Shown here one piece after another: positions 1-12,400 of a DNA stretch of 64,000 nt. A program made the translations under genes and the position numbers. The stretch is from the NCBI GenBank assembly GCA_040437565.1, contig JBDOQK010000037.1, positions 248,001 through 312,000 of the forward strand, written 5' to 3'. The notes beneath the pieces were generated by a model, which was not told the DNA's origin, made no database searches, and saw nothing but the letters and a program-made list of their open reading frames with translations. This DNA is from Albugo candida. Its lineage: Eukaryota. Position 1 is the first letter of the stretch. The number at the start of each line of letters is the position of its first letter.

Positions 1-383
1 ATGTTGAGTTCTTATCGCTGGAACATGGAGTCGACTTCGCCTTCATGTCTTCCGCAAAGCGCGCATGAGCGGCCTATGAGGAGGGAATCAGATTGTGTGA
101 TTAAGTGTATGATACGTTACTCTTTCTATTTCATCCAACTGCTTCTTAAGGTCTTTTTCATCTCTTTCAGATCTCACTTTGGCTTGTCGTTTTGTTTTAA
201 GCTTTTCCTGCACGCGATCTAAATGTCGTCGACTTTTCTCATGATTCCGAATGCTCTACACGATTGCAAAAAAAAGAGGTGAGGGATATCAATGTGGGTG
301 TCCGATGAGATATTTGCTTACGATCGTATCGCCTTGCAGCCAAATATCGCAAAACTTGCAAAAATGGCGCTCATTTGATTTCC
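1..383 (-). CDS. U1/matrin-type zinc-finger protein, WBP4/FBP21-like (partial: start lost in N gap, 3' end beyond window)
   Basis: Spliced minus-strand translation KSNERHFCKFCDIWLQGDTI|SIRNHEKSRRHLDRVQEKLKTKRQAK...KQLDEIER|AAHARF matches the WBP4 N-terminal C2H2 pattern (WKS..kkFCdyCk.W..D..S..fHE....H). GT-AG introns are visible. Confidence 0.7.
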
Positions 384-548
384 NNNNNNNNNNNNNNNNN
401 NNNNNNNNNNNNNNNNNNNNNNNNNNNNNNNNNNNNNNNNNNNNNNNNNNNNNNNNNNNNNNNNNNNNNNNNNNNNNNNNNNNATACAGCCGTTTATATA
501 AATGTAGCAGGACTATCATATAACACAGGATATAACCATAAATAATCA

Positions 549-564
549 ATTCATTTCTGAATTG
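549..564 (+). promoter_or_regulatory. Possible oomycete Inr/FPR core promoter element upstream of RPL23
   Basis: TCATTTCTGAATT resembles the oomycete TCATTYBNNNWTTY consensus and lies ~90 nt upstream of the ATG at 642. Confidence 0.3.
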
Positions 565-641
565 AAATCCCACCACAATTTGGTTGGTGGATACTATCGC
601 ATCGATTCCGATCGACTTTTTACCTTCATTCCAAGGAAAAA

Positions 642-1122
642 ATGAGCTCAAAACGAGGCAAGTGCACGTTCTCGCATATCCACACTTATGCAGCACTAAT
701 CTATATATGTAGGACGTGGTGGTGCTTCTGGCAACAAACTTCGCATGGCTTTGGGTCTCCCTGTGGCCGCAGTTGCCAATTGCGCCGATAACAGCGGAGC
801 AAGAAATCTATACATAATTGCGGTCTGTGGAATCAAAGGACGTTTGAATCGTTTACCAGCGGCTGGTGTCGGCGATATGGTTCTCGCGACAGTCAAAAAA
901 GGAAAACCGGATTTACGTAAAAAAGTGATGCCCGCAGTTATCATTCGTCAGCGTAAAAGTTGGCGTCGTAGAGACGGAGTATTTCTCTACTTTGAAGACA
1001 ACGCTGGTGTCATTGTGAATGCAAAAGGGGAGATGAAAGGCTCTGCTATCACGGGTCCAGTCGGAAAGGAATGCGCGGATCTCTGGCCGCGTATCGCATC
1101 CAACGCAGGATCCATTGTGTAA
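642..1122 (+). CDS. RPL23: 60S ribosomal protein L23 (uL14); exons 642-657 and 713-1122
   Basis: [23 protein letters not shown]...[11 protein letters not shown]...[11 protein letters not shown]...[10 protein letters not shown]. The 55-nt intron has a GC donor. Confidence 0.97.
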
Positions 1123-1193
1123 GATGTCGCTAGTAGCTCACGCAATTCTATTGGGATGAAAATGCAAATAAAGATCAAGGTACCACCTTCGTG

Positions 1194-3132
1194 CTAGGGC
1201 TTTTTTTTCTTGCTCTTCTTCTTGGGTTTGGACGCAAGCTCTTCACGTATTCGACGACGCTCATCCTCAAGCTTTGTCTCCTCGCGAATCTCTTTCTTTA
1301 GCTGCTTTACCAAATTGTTGCATTCTTCCACCAAATTGGGACAAATTGACTCACATAAGCTCGCATGGTTCTACAATGTCGCAATTAGCCACATGGAATA
1401 CACAATCGCAAGCTTACTAATGCGGTAGTCATTCTGTGAGCCCGTGCTTCCAAAGCCTCTAGTAGCGTGTCCACTTGGCTGTTGTCTGGGAATTCGTATT
1501 GTCCTTGTTCCGTCTTCCAAAATGCCTTCATGCTGTCTTCCAGAGCGATTTCAGCGTTCAAACGATCTCTTAATGCCACTGCTTTATCCAGTAAACTCGA
1601 AACCACTCCAAACGCTTGACATTCTTCAACACTTGCTTCCAGTCGCTTGAGGAACTTTTGTATGTGCAAATTCGAACGTGTGAGGCTCGAGCACAAGTGG
1701 TAGCAACCCGACAGAGTGCATTCCGCTTCGGCGCATCGAATCAGCTGAGCTGTGAATTCGAGCATTTTGGAGTCTACGTTAGCGATTTTCGCACGCGTAA
1801 AAGACTGCTCTAAAGCTTTGGTCTTTGAACGAGTTTCCAGAGGCCGGCACTTTAAAAGCGATTGGATCGCGTCTTGTAGATGAATATGAGCGTTCAATTG
1901 ACAATAAACAGTACGTCCAAGCTCCAGTAATGTGTGATCCATTGCTATGTGCCCCTGTGCGATCTCAATGGAAGTGAATAAGACCTCAGCGTCACTCTGA
2001 CTCAGTGTCAAAGCTTCCAATATCTCTGTATCCGACAGCCACTTTGTGTCTTTTGCCTCGACTTGTATTTCGAGAGAATTGGAAAGGTCCAAACCCATTT
2101 GCTCGGCACTTTGTGCGTCCGTAATGCTCTGAGGATGCAAGCGCTCAACAGACTGCCTTATAAGCTCAGTCTTTTGTTTCAGAATGGTATTCAATTCGTC
2201 TCCAGTTCTGTGTAGTTCGATGGTGCATTCTTCGCAGTAACGCACGGATCGAGTGAGGGAAGTCTCTATCGATAGAACTGCCACATTTATAGCGCTGGAG
2301 CAAGGTGTCGACCCACAAAAGACGTTGTGGCATTGCTGACATAAACTAGGTCTTCTGCTCCTTGTGAATGGCTCCTTACATACCTTACAGCTTGTTTGAG
2401 AGAGGAATCGAGCCAAAATACGACGGCAAGCGTCCGTGATACATAAATCCAATGGGTAGTTCCCGTAGTCATTTTTAGAATTCGCTTTTACAGAGTGCGC
2501 TAAAAGGCTTTGTACGATCGTATACTTCCCAGCACAGCAAGCCAAATGTAGACAGCTGTTTCCTACTGTGTCTTTTGCTTCGGGGTCGTACCCGTGGCGT
2601 AAAAGTAGGAGCATTATGTCTTCATGTCCTCGATAGCAACACCAATGCAAAGGCGTGGTGCAGCTCTCGAGAATTCCGTTTTCGTGGTCGGATGAAGTTG
2701 AGATCTCTGTGGGCAATACATCCGAATCTATAGAGTCGTTTGGTGCCTTGATGTACATTTTGTCTGCTCCTATTTCCAAAAGATACTTGACAATCTACAA
2801 AAACGCCTGCAGCCATTATACGTCAAAATCGATGGAAGAAAAGGAACCTTGAAGTCTCCGTTGTATGCCGCCAAAGAGATTGACGTCCAGTTGCTGGATG
2901 TAACGAATCCAGCGCTATATCCTTGCTTCTCGATGAGTATTCTGATCCGATCCAGATCATGCTTATTACAGGCCTCGAACAATTCTAGACCTTGTTGGTG
3001 CTCTTTTGGAGATGCTTCAGAGTGCAATATGGGCCTTGTAAGCAGCTTTATTGGATGGATTTCATCTGAAGAGTTTGTGGATGCTTCCAGACCCTCAGGC
3101 TCTTCTGTAAGCGAAAGCTTTTCCTGCGTCAT
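1194..3132 (-). CDS. Ankyrin-repeat protein with FYVE-like zinc finger and helical C-terminus (multi-exon)
   Basis: Ankyrin motifs (TPLHWCCYRGHEDIMLLLL, GNSCLHLAC, GNYPLDL) and CKVC..F..RR..CQQC..FC..C..RYCEEC. The last exon ends KPKKKSKKKKP* at 1194. Confidence 0.8.
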
Positions 3133-3208
3133 CTTCGTGTCCTTTCAAGATCGTCACACGAACCTAGTTCATATCCACCGTACATAAGCTACGTTCGGGT
3201 ACCTTGAA

Positions 3209-3837
3209 ATGGTATGAAGTAAAGCGCTTTGCTCCATAACTAACTACTGAAATGCTGCTTGTCTAGGCGAATCAAGCGGCTAAAAAGGCAAAACGAACAA
3301 GCGCATCTCTTCGGGAATCACTAATAAAGTTTATTCTCCCGGTCAACGTACGTATAATCACTGAAAACGGTATTTAATTCACGCAACTAACTCCCATCCA
3401 CTGCATAGTTGTTCCATTTTGCCGTACGCTTCCTCTGGTTTTTCAATGATGTCACCCGATGGACCATATTTGGGTCGACATTCCTCGGCGGAATGCTTTA
3501 TTTGAGTCATTCTTGGGTTGTTGCTGCAGCCGAAGAAGGGACCAAAAGTGAATACGCAATGGACATTCTGATACTTACGCTAGTCGTACAAGCCGGAGTC
3601 ACGTTCTCCGCGTATTTCTGGCTGATATATCTCGCGGTACGATGAAATTCTTACTATTCACCAAAGTAAACGCATTTCTGCCAGATTCCAGCGTTTGTAT
3701 GTTATCATCTCGGCCGAATGGTTCTCAATTATGTCTTCCAACCGAATGAAAAGGAACAAGAAGATAGCGCCAAAGCAGCGAAAAAACAGGCAAAAGCAGA
3801 AAAGAAAGCTTCAAAATATCGATATGCACGACGATAG
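3209..3837 (+). CDS. TMEM208: TMEM208/SND2 (DUF788) ER membrane protein; first exon is ATG only
   Basis: Spliced: M|ANQAAKKAK...|LFHFAVRF...EYAMDILILTLVVQ...SAYFWLIYLA|IPAFVCY...KKQAKAEKKASKYRYARR*. This fits the DUF788 termini and transmembrane pattern. Confidence 0.8.
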
Positions 3838-3872
3838 ATGCATTCTTTCGTCATTATACGAACCAATAAAAG

Positions 3873-5540
3873 CTACTTCCATGGAGGTCGAACTTTGTAT
3901 CTTCTCTTCCCTTTGTGCTTATCGGAGGCATTCATTTTCACATGAACTGCGTCATCACGACATTGTTTTCGAGCGGAGTTTTTCTCGCTGGAAAGAGAGG
4001 CTCGCTCCAATAGCATATCGAACGTCATTTTTGAATACGGCAAACTTTTTGGCGAGTCTGGATCATCGCATGTGTGTCGAGCTATCTTGTACAAAAGCTC
4101 ATCTGGTAAGCGGTGCAAGATCTACAGAATAAGGCTTTGAGCGAAGGCAATAAAGCAAACACGACCGACCTGAAAAGCGACCGAAAGTAACAGATCGGCA
4201 CGGAGTGGTGGAGCGTATCGAACACTGAGAATCTTCATCAAATCGGTGTCCCTATTGTCCAATAAAACTTATAATATCCACCAGCCACAAAATCGTCAAA
4301 ACCTTTGTAACAGTTGTTCTCGTAAAAGTAAAGCGTGTGACACAGCAAGCAGAACCACGAAATGGACACCAATGGCAAAGAGCTGTATAAGGACATCAGA
4401 ATCCAATTTCCAAAAAAAAACACGTACGGTGTCCCAGACACGAAGAAGTTGCTTCAATGGCGGCATGCACGCAAACAAGCTCAAAATCATAGGAAGTGCG
4501 TAAATTCTAGCGGTAATGCCTTTGGCGTGTAAATGTTCAAACAATTCTGGGTCCAACTAACACCACACAACATCAAAATTGCACTTCATCGATTGTAATT
4601 ACGTACGATTTCGAGACATTGATCCATCAAAGCGCATCCAGCTTCAACCCCTTTCAATTGTGGAGCCATATAACGAGGACAGTGTCGGGTAAGGAGCTGA
4701 GAAAACGAGTAATACGCGTCGCACTCTGGCATCACATACAGAAATGGACCACACAAAATGTTCATTCCTTGAACGTAAATGAAGAGTGAAGGTTCACGTT
4801 GAAAATCAGCGGGAACAGGCTCAAAAATTGAAAAGGATATATATCGAACACGTGAAGTCTCTCTGTCGTCGTCTTCTTTCGCTTTGGACGACTTTGCACG
4901 TTCCTACGCGACAATTCTGATCGGACAAAGCTTTCCTTATTCGAGATCGTACCAAATGCTGAGTGATAAAGGCGTTCAGGAGCGTTGCCAAATGCGCTTC
5001 GGGTACTTTTTCGGCAAACGCTTCATCTCCACGAAAGGTTCTTGCTCAATGAATCAATTGGAAGCTTTCAAAATATATGAAATAAAGTATGAGTACCGAA
5101 AAGTATCGTTTCGAATATCTGCGTCAAAGAATGAAGGTCCTTGCTGCACAATTTCTGTGTATTTTGACACATTAATCATGGATGGAGTGACACCCAAAAG
5201 CGCTTTCCACACGCGCCCACGCAAAGAACACGTTTGCTGTGAGCTTTTGTGGTCGAAATCACACTCAGGGATACCATAAACAATCGTGAGACGCTGTAGC
5301 TCTCGCCTGCGATCGTATTCGGACTCTATCGGATTACCCTGCTCATCTGCAGAACAACCCACAAAGTTTGATTATTATTGCCGTTTGAAAAGGTACCAGT
5401 GAGTACTGTGTCGTCTAATACAGCAAAAAATCGATGGTACAATTGCTGTACTTTTGGTGAGTGATGTGTTGTGCTCTGTATCAGCTTATTGGCGGTACCT
5501 GAGCGTCGAGCAAACTTGAATCGGATTCCATGGCAATCAT
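3873..5540 (-). CDS. TBC-domain GAP, Bub2/Cdc16-like (multi-exon; start approximate)
   Basis: LRGRVWKALLGV, DIRNDTFR, YVQGMNILCGPFLYVMPECDAYY, DPELFEHL..KGITARIYALPMILSLFACMPPLKQLLRVWD are all Bub2/Cdc16 signatures. Confidence 0.85.
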
Positions 5541-5676
5541 CTCATGCACATGAATGACAATGTGGTTCACACAAAACACGTACGATATGACAAAATAGTG
5601 TCGTGTTTATATATACGGGATTCAACATAGAATTACAACATGCACAAACGCCAACGTCAAGGTTTCGAAATGTAGT

Positions 5677-6283
5677 TTACGCTCTAACTTTTCCATTCTT
5701 TCGAAAGTTTTGCAAATGACTTCGTTTGAGACGACTATTATTAATTGCAGTATTGGATTTTGTGGATATCGTCGAATATGAAAGCATTGTTGGAAATCGC
5801 GATTTAGTCGTATTGCTTCCGACAAAACTTTTTGCTTTCCGTACGATGGAATCAGTATATGTCGTGACAGAGGAGTCTTCTGACTTTGCTTGCATTCGTT
5901 GCATTTGGTTGAGTGATTGTACGCGAGCTATCGGCGCGGTAGCAGAAGTCGATTCCTTATCATTTATTTGTTTGATAGAAACCTTCTTTGGAGTGGATGT
6001 GTGTTCACATAGAAATGTAAGTAAAATTGCTCGTTGAGATTGCACGACCTTAAGCTTTTGGTCTAAATCTTGAATCTATCAACAAACACTTAGTAAGACG
6101 TATGGATGAAGGCACGATTCTTGTACGCACTTTGGTCGTGAATTGTCGTCTCATAGCTTCTTTCTGCTCTAAACGCTGATTGTACGCATGATTTTCTTGC
6201 AAGCTAGTGTGAATCTCTTGAAGTAAACGCTCTTTTTCGGCTTTTAAGGCGGCAAGCGTTGGCCGTTGTTTATTAGACGCCAT
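5677..6283 (-). CDS. Hypothetical protein with N-terminal coiled coil (2 exons)
   Basis: ORF 6050-6283 joins ORF 5677-6045 in frame via a GTGCGT...ATAG intron. No family recognised. Confidence 0.55.
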
Positions 6284-6710
6284 CGGTATTCACCGGGCGA
6301 ATGCGCAATGGAGAGGCGGTAACAAACTTTGTAATCGTAGAGGGCAAAAAGTGAAGAATATATAGAGTTTCCTGAATCACAGCGTTTCTACTCAACCTTT
6401 GATACTGTATAGAATTAGGTAACATCGGACACGTCGAAAATGTGCTGTAGAGAATTCTCGAAAATATGTCAGACGTGCGTAGTATCCTTTCCACAATCAG
6501 CCGACTCTCTGATCAGCTGACCAGTGGGAATAAACGACAATCCCCGTCTGTAGGGGTTGAAAAAAGCTGTTCAAGCTTAATTGACGGGATAAGATGCATT
6601 TAGTCTTTGGTAATCAGATTTTTTCATTCAATTTTGTTACTTAATGATCTGCTATAGATGATACATTCTGAGAGATTATACCGTCGACGACTTCGATTGC
6701 TACTATTTAA

Positions 6711-6932
6711 ATGAGCGGAGCTGCCCGATTTGTTCGTTATTATCTCGATCGTGAGCCAATTGTGGTGCTATCCTTTGCGATTGGTGCGGTGGCATTAGCA
6801 CTTCCGGTCGTTGTGGTTCCTGTGCGACGCTCTTTGGGGTACCCAACGTATCAGTACGACGGTCCTAACGTGGACGATTATGTGCAAAAACAGCGAGAGA
6901 AAAATGCACACAGAAACTCGTATCAGAGCTAA
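6711..6932 (+). CDS. Mitochondrial complex I accessory subunit NDUFA3/B9/NI9M-like
   Basis: 73 aa. REPIVVLSFAIGAVALALPVVVVPVRRSLG is a single transmembrane segment with the EP..V.S..IG...P..V.P.R motif. Confidence 0.7.
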   Translation: MSGAARFVRYYLDREPIVVLSFAIGAVALALPVVVVPVRRSLGYPTYQYDGPNVDDYVQKQREKNAHRNSYQS

Positions 6933-7069
6933 AAAGCGATTATGTAAGTGCTTCTCGTATCCATAATTGCTAATTAATAATCTGAGCATTCCAATCGAAA
7001 GGAATTGGAGAATTAGAAGCGAATTGGTAACAATGACAAATTCGTTCAAATTATTCGCACTGTGAAACT

Positions 7070-9207
7070 TTATTTCGCATGCTGAACACTCTTTTCAATC
7101 GTTCGGATCGATGACGCCAACTTATTGACTGTCTCCGTGTACTCTGCTGCTGGATCTGAGTCATGCACAATGCCTCCGCCAGCTTGACAATATAATGAGC
7201 GATCTTTGACAACGATTGTACGGATGGCGATGGCTGTATCCAAGCAACCCGTAAAGCTTATGTACCCGACAGAACCCGAGTACAGTCCTCTTCGTTCTTT
7301 TTCCAATGAGCAAATGAGTTCCATTGCTTTCACTTTTGGAGCACCTGACAATGTCCCTGCTGGAAATAGCGCACGATATGCGTCATACAGTGTCTTGTCT
7401 TCACGGAGGACACCCTTCACGACAGAAACAATATGCATCACGTGCGAGTATTGTTCTACTTGCATCATTGATTCCACAAACACAGATCCCGGCTTTGCGA
7501 CCCGCCCGATATCATTTCTCCCGAGATCGACCAACATGATGTGCTCTGCACGCTCCTTCTCATCTGCGAGGAGCTCTTGAGCCAGAATGGCATCTTCTGC
7601 TTTAGTGGCACCNNNNNNNNNNNNNNNNNNNNNNNNNNNNNNNNNNNNNNNNNNNNNNNNNNNNNNNNNNNNNNNNNNNNNNNNNNNNNNNNNNNNNNNN
7701 NNNNNNNNNNNNCATGCTGAACACTCTTTTCAATCGTTCGGATCGATGACGCCAACTTATTGACTGTCTCCGTGTACTCTGCTGCTGGATCTGAGTCATG
7801 CACAATGCCTCCGCCAGCTTGACAATATAATGAGCGATCTTTGACAACGATTGTACGGATGGCGATGGCTGTATCCAAGCAACCCGTAAAGCTTATGTAC
7901 CCGACAGAACCCGAGTACAGTCCTCTTCGTTCTTTTTCCAATGAGCAAATGAGTTCCATTGCTTTCACTTTTGGAGCACCTGACAATGTCCCTGCTGGAA
8001 ATAGCGCACGATATGCGTCATACAGTGTCTTGTCTTCACGGAGGACACCCTTCACGACAGAAACAATATGCATCACGTGCGAGTATTGTTCTACTTGCAT
8101 CATTGATTCCACAAACACAGATCCCGGCTTTGCGACCCGCCCGATATCATTTCTCCCGAGATCGACCAACATGATGTGCTCTGCACGCTCCTTCTCATCT
8201 GCGAGGAGCTCTTGAGCCAGAATGGCATCTTCTGCTTTAGTGGCACCCCGATGTTTAGTTCCTGCTATTGGATGCGTTTCAATAATCCCCTGATGGTCCA
8301 CTTTGACAAGCATCTCAGGAGATGCACCTACAACTTGGAACTCAGACCCAAACTCCATATAGAACATATATGGAGACGGATTCAGTGAACGCATCTCGCG
8401 ATACAAATCGAAAGATGTCACGTTTTCTGGCATATCGATTCGAAGGCGCTGAGAAGGAACCGCTTGAAATATATCGCCATCGACAATATGACGCTTGAGC
8501 TTTTTCACAATGCTCATGTATCCCTCCCGACCCATATTGGAGCAAGACTCAATATCGATATCAATCCTCTCATTCACGCTTTCAAATGACTTTCGATGTG
8601 CCCGTGCTAGCGGTTGTGTGACCAACTCCCGGATGCTTTCGATCTTCTCCTGAGCTTGTGCATAAGCCTGAGGTAAATCACCAGTATCCAGCTGGCAATG
8701 ACTCACAATCTTCAACGAATGAAGCACGTGATCAAACACCACAGTCGTATCAAAAAGCATGAAAATACTTTCAGGAATGCCCAGAACATCTTCCTGAGCA
8801 GCAATCAATGGAGCCAATCTCGGTTCAAAGTGGCGTAATGTGTCAAAGGCGCAGTATCCAACAGCTCCGCCTGCCATTGGAAGCGTCAGTTCTGGCAGTT
8901 GTATGGTCCGATACGACTGCATTTCCTTCTCCAAACGATCGAGCGGGTTCCCCTGATACTCACAATTCGGACCTGAGATCAGCATACGCAGCGGATTCGC
9001 ACCAAGGAACGAATAACGTGCGATTTTATCTCCAGGTGCAATGGATTCGAACAGGAAAGAGTACTTGGAGAGCTTTTGCAGTCGCAAGTAGATGCTTACT
9101 GGTGTATCCAAATCAGCAGTCACGTCCAAATACACTGGAACCAAGTTCTTATGCTCATTTTCTGATTCGCTACAGAGCCGCTGAATGCGTTCGAAAGTCG
9201 GTTCCAT
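7070..9207 (-). CDS. TRP2: Anthranilate synthase component I; intronless, true end ...SVQHAK* at 7070; 3' part duplicated around the gap
   Basis: [79 protein letters not shown]. Confidence 0.95.
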
Positions 9208-9430
9208 TTCAACTGAATGGATATAAAAATGTCGTTAGTATGTTGTACGTAATACAGTCGTACGAGCAACATTGACACGCATTCAGCGGCGCCAACGCGC
9301 TCATTGTACGCGTACAATGCCGCCGTTTATCTTCGCTGTCTCGTCACTGACGTTCAAAAAACTTCGTATTTGCATGCAATTAGTGTTGCTACAAGCTACA
9401 GCACTACGCGTGCGCTGAATCACACTCTTA

Positions 9431-12400
9431 TCAATGCATTTGACTAAGCTCTTCAATTCGCGCTGTAAGGGTTTCCAGCGCCATTTTACCTTCCAATTGC
9501 TCGCGATTCAGCTCATCTACCACTTGCTTCATTTCCTCTTTATTCAGATCAAGAAAACTCTCAATCAGATCGCCGTCAATGAAATTATGCGCTTCGACTG
9601 AACTTCTTCGATTCTCAAATGTTCGCCATTCCGAGTGGGAGAAACCACCAACGCCTTTTATGATCTGATTCAATGCACTTTGTACTCGCATCAGGAAATC
9701 GTACTGTTCTTTCGAAATCGGCAAAATCACTCCAATCATTCCGCTAACAGTTCCAAAAAGCATCGAGCGCTGGACAGATAATAGCGATACACTTTCGGAT
9801 CGATCATCAGACATCATTCCTGGAACTTCACCGCTCACTGACATATTGTGCTGCATGACAAGCGAACCATATCGGAATCGATTGACAAATTCTCCAAGAT
9901 GATACTCTCCAATAGTTTCTAATCGCCCGCGTTCCTCGTCCGAAGCTGCTCCGCTGTTTCGTTGCACAGTGAAGAGATTGAAATCTGTCTCACTTCCAAC
10001 ATAGTTGTCATCATCAATGATACCGACAGCTGTCATCCAGTTTGAATTCAAATCACGAGCAATCTCTTCGATACTTCCATCCAATTGTTTGTGATTGAGA
10101 AGTGATATCGACTTCATCAGATCACCAACGACTATGAAATCGCCACGTGATTCCATATACAAAACAAGTGTGTGGCCATGATGACCGCATTCTGAGACTA
10201 ATTCTTCCCCGTTCTCTTCACTCTCACTCCATTTGAACAAATACACTTTGCTATTGATTCCAGCGAGCAATTTGCCATTGAACGCATTCAAACAGTACAC
10301 AGAGCCTTTGACTTCTTTCTCAGTAACTAAATGAAGACGTCGTTCTCCGTGGATTCCGCTTACTGTGAACACCAGTATACGTCCTTGATGCGGCTCAGCC
10401 TCTTCTTCATGTACGAATGCAGTCCCAACAACGAAATAGGTCCCATTAGAAGAGTCTCCCGTAAAGGTACAAGTGATTATGGAACATGGAGATTCAAAAG
10501 GATCAAGACGGAACGACTTTAAGCATTCAAAAGTCTGATCATCAAACAGCCGAATGTAACCTTGTTCGACCTCGTCACCACCGTCGTCCTTGGAAAGTTT
10601 TACAGTGGCAACACCAAGTGTTCGAGATCGGGAGTCATGTGCAATTCTTCGGGCCCATTCATTGAGACGAAATGATTGTATGTGCAGTTTCTGTATATCA
10701 TCTACCGTCCCGATGGTCAATTCACTTGCAGAAGCTAAAGCCAAACACTCTGGGAATACTTCGGAGTGGAATGTGCTCATAACAGCGACTTCTTTGGCAT
10801 TCACGTTGGAATATAAAAGCTTTTTCTTGTTGTAATAAATCACTGTTGGCCGATCACACGATGCAAACACATGCAATTTATCTTTTGACCAAAATGCCGA
10901 TAATGAAATCGGTTGTGTGCCGAGAGAAACTCTCTTTCGTTCCGATAAAGTTCCGAGCGTTCGATCCAATTGACATGTGACAAGGCTTCCGTCTCCAAGT
11001 CCGACGAGAAGGTAGCTGCTATCTTCAAACAAAGCACACAGAACCGAACGCGGTAAAAGATCTTTGTCGAAAGTCTCTTTGCTCAGCTCTTCCAGAGAAG
11101 GCAACGATAACATGCACACAGATGAACTGGTCCATAATCCAATAGCACATAGTATTGTACTCAATGCATGTGCATCTCGTGATACAATCGAGTCATCCAT
11201 CGACTCGTCCATTGCTTGAAACGACTTTGTGAATGCTAAAGGATTGCTTTCGTTCAAACATGGAGATAAATCGATGCATGCGATCTCAAATTCCATCTGT
11301 TTTCGTGTTTTTTCCATCAATTGATTGTCCACTATTTCCAAATAAATCAATAATTTGGACGAAGTTGCGAGCAGAATCTGTGTGGGATTCGCGGACGCCA
11401 CTGTAATGCGCGTAGATGGCGGCGGATACCATTGACTACAGACATTTGACGTGTTCGCATCGATTATTCGTACTTCTGTCTCAGTTACTTGCAGCCACCC
11501 ATAGCCATAGACATTCCGGCAATATAATGTTTTGACATTCAAAAATGCTTTCATCTCGACTTCTTCCATCTCGTCCGTATCATCAATTGTCATAATTCGG
11601 ATTTCGCTCAAGTAACTCTGAACCAGATACTTGTCATATTCGCTGACGAGTGATTCCCGTAAAGCCCACATTCCTTTAATTCCGGGAAGCTCTGCAGATG
11701 CTTGTTCGTTTATACCGATTCCATTCCGGATCACGCGAAGTGATCCATCTTTGTCTGCTCCACTGCATGTGACAATTTGACCCTGACCTTGCCGATCCAA
11801 ATCCATCACACAAAAGTCGATTATAGGACCGATGTTCACATACGAATCCAAGATCTCAATATAAGATCCCGTCTCGTCTCCTTTCGCGTTCAATTTGATC
11901 AGCTGGGAGTCTCCGAATGTGCTACCAACAAACACGACGCCGTTGTCCAAGTATGATAAACAAGAAGCGATACTTGTTTGGCCCAGTACTTCCAAATACA
12001 CATCCAGGACCTCTTTTCCTTCCGTCTGTAAAGCCACCACATACAGCGATCCATATTGATCTGCTAGCAGGAATCGAGATCCATCATCACCCACAGCTCC
12101 ATACACTTGTATCATTGTATTTTGCATCGGAATAGCGTGAAAGTTTGTCCCATTGTGATACACAATTGTCTGATTCGATATGATAAGAACTCCACCGTAC
12201 GGCATCGGCACTGGTATCAAAAGATTTGCTCCGGCATCCACATTAGACTGACTCCATGGTCCTTCGGCGAAATCCTTCTCTTTTAATAGGATAAAATACG
12301 TCTTCACATGTCGTGCGCCTTTGAAACCTTCGTACAACACACAAATTGTCGGCTTATTGTACCCATACAAAAATTTGATGTCGAGGATGCGTAATTCATC

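Noticed and set aside
6538-6591. Imperfect hairpin (ATCCCCGTC...GACGGGAT) upstream of the NDUFA3-like gene, a possible ncRNA
   Set aside because: The stem is short and imperfect with no tRNA, snRNA or snoRNA box motifs I can support. It needs an Rfam search.
7070-8247. Apparent second partial anthranilate synthase or extended C-terminus
   Set aside because: Identical direct duplication on either side of the 100-N gap, so an assembly overlap.
7070-9207. Intronless trpE-like gene as a bacterial horizontal transfer
   Set aside because: Many native genes here are also intronless (e.g. DDB1), and the protein resembles eukaryotic TRP2. There is no support without a phylogeny.
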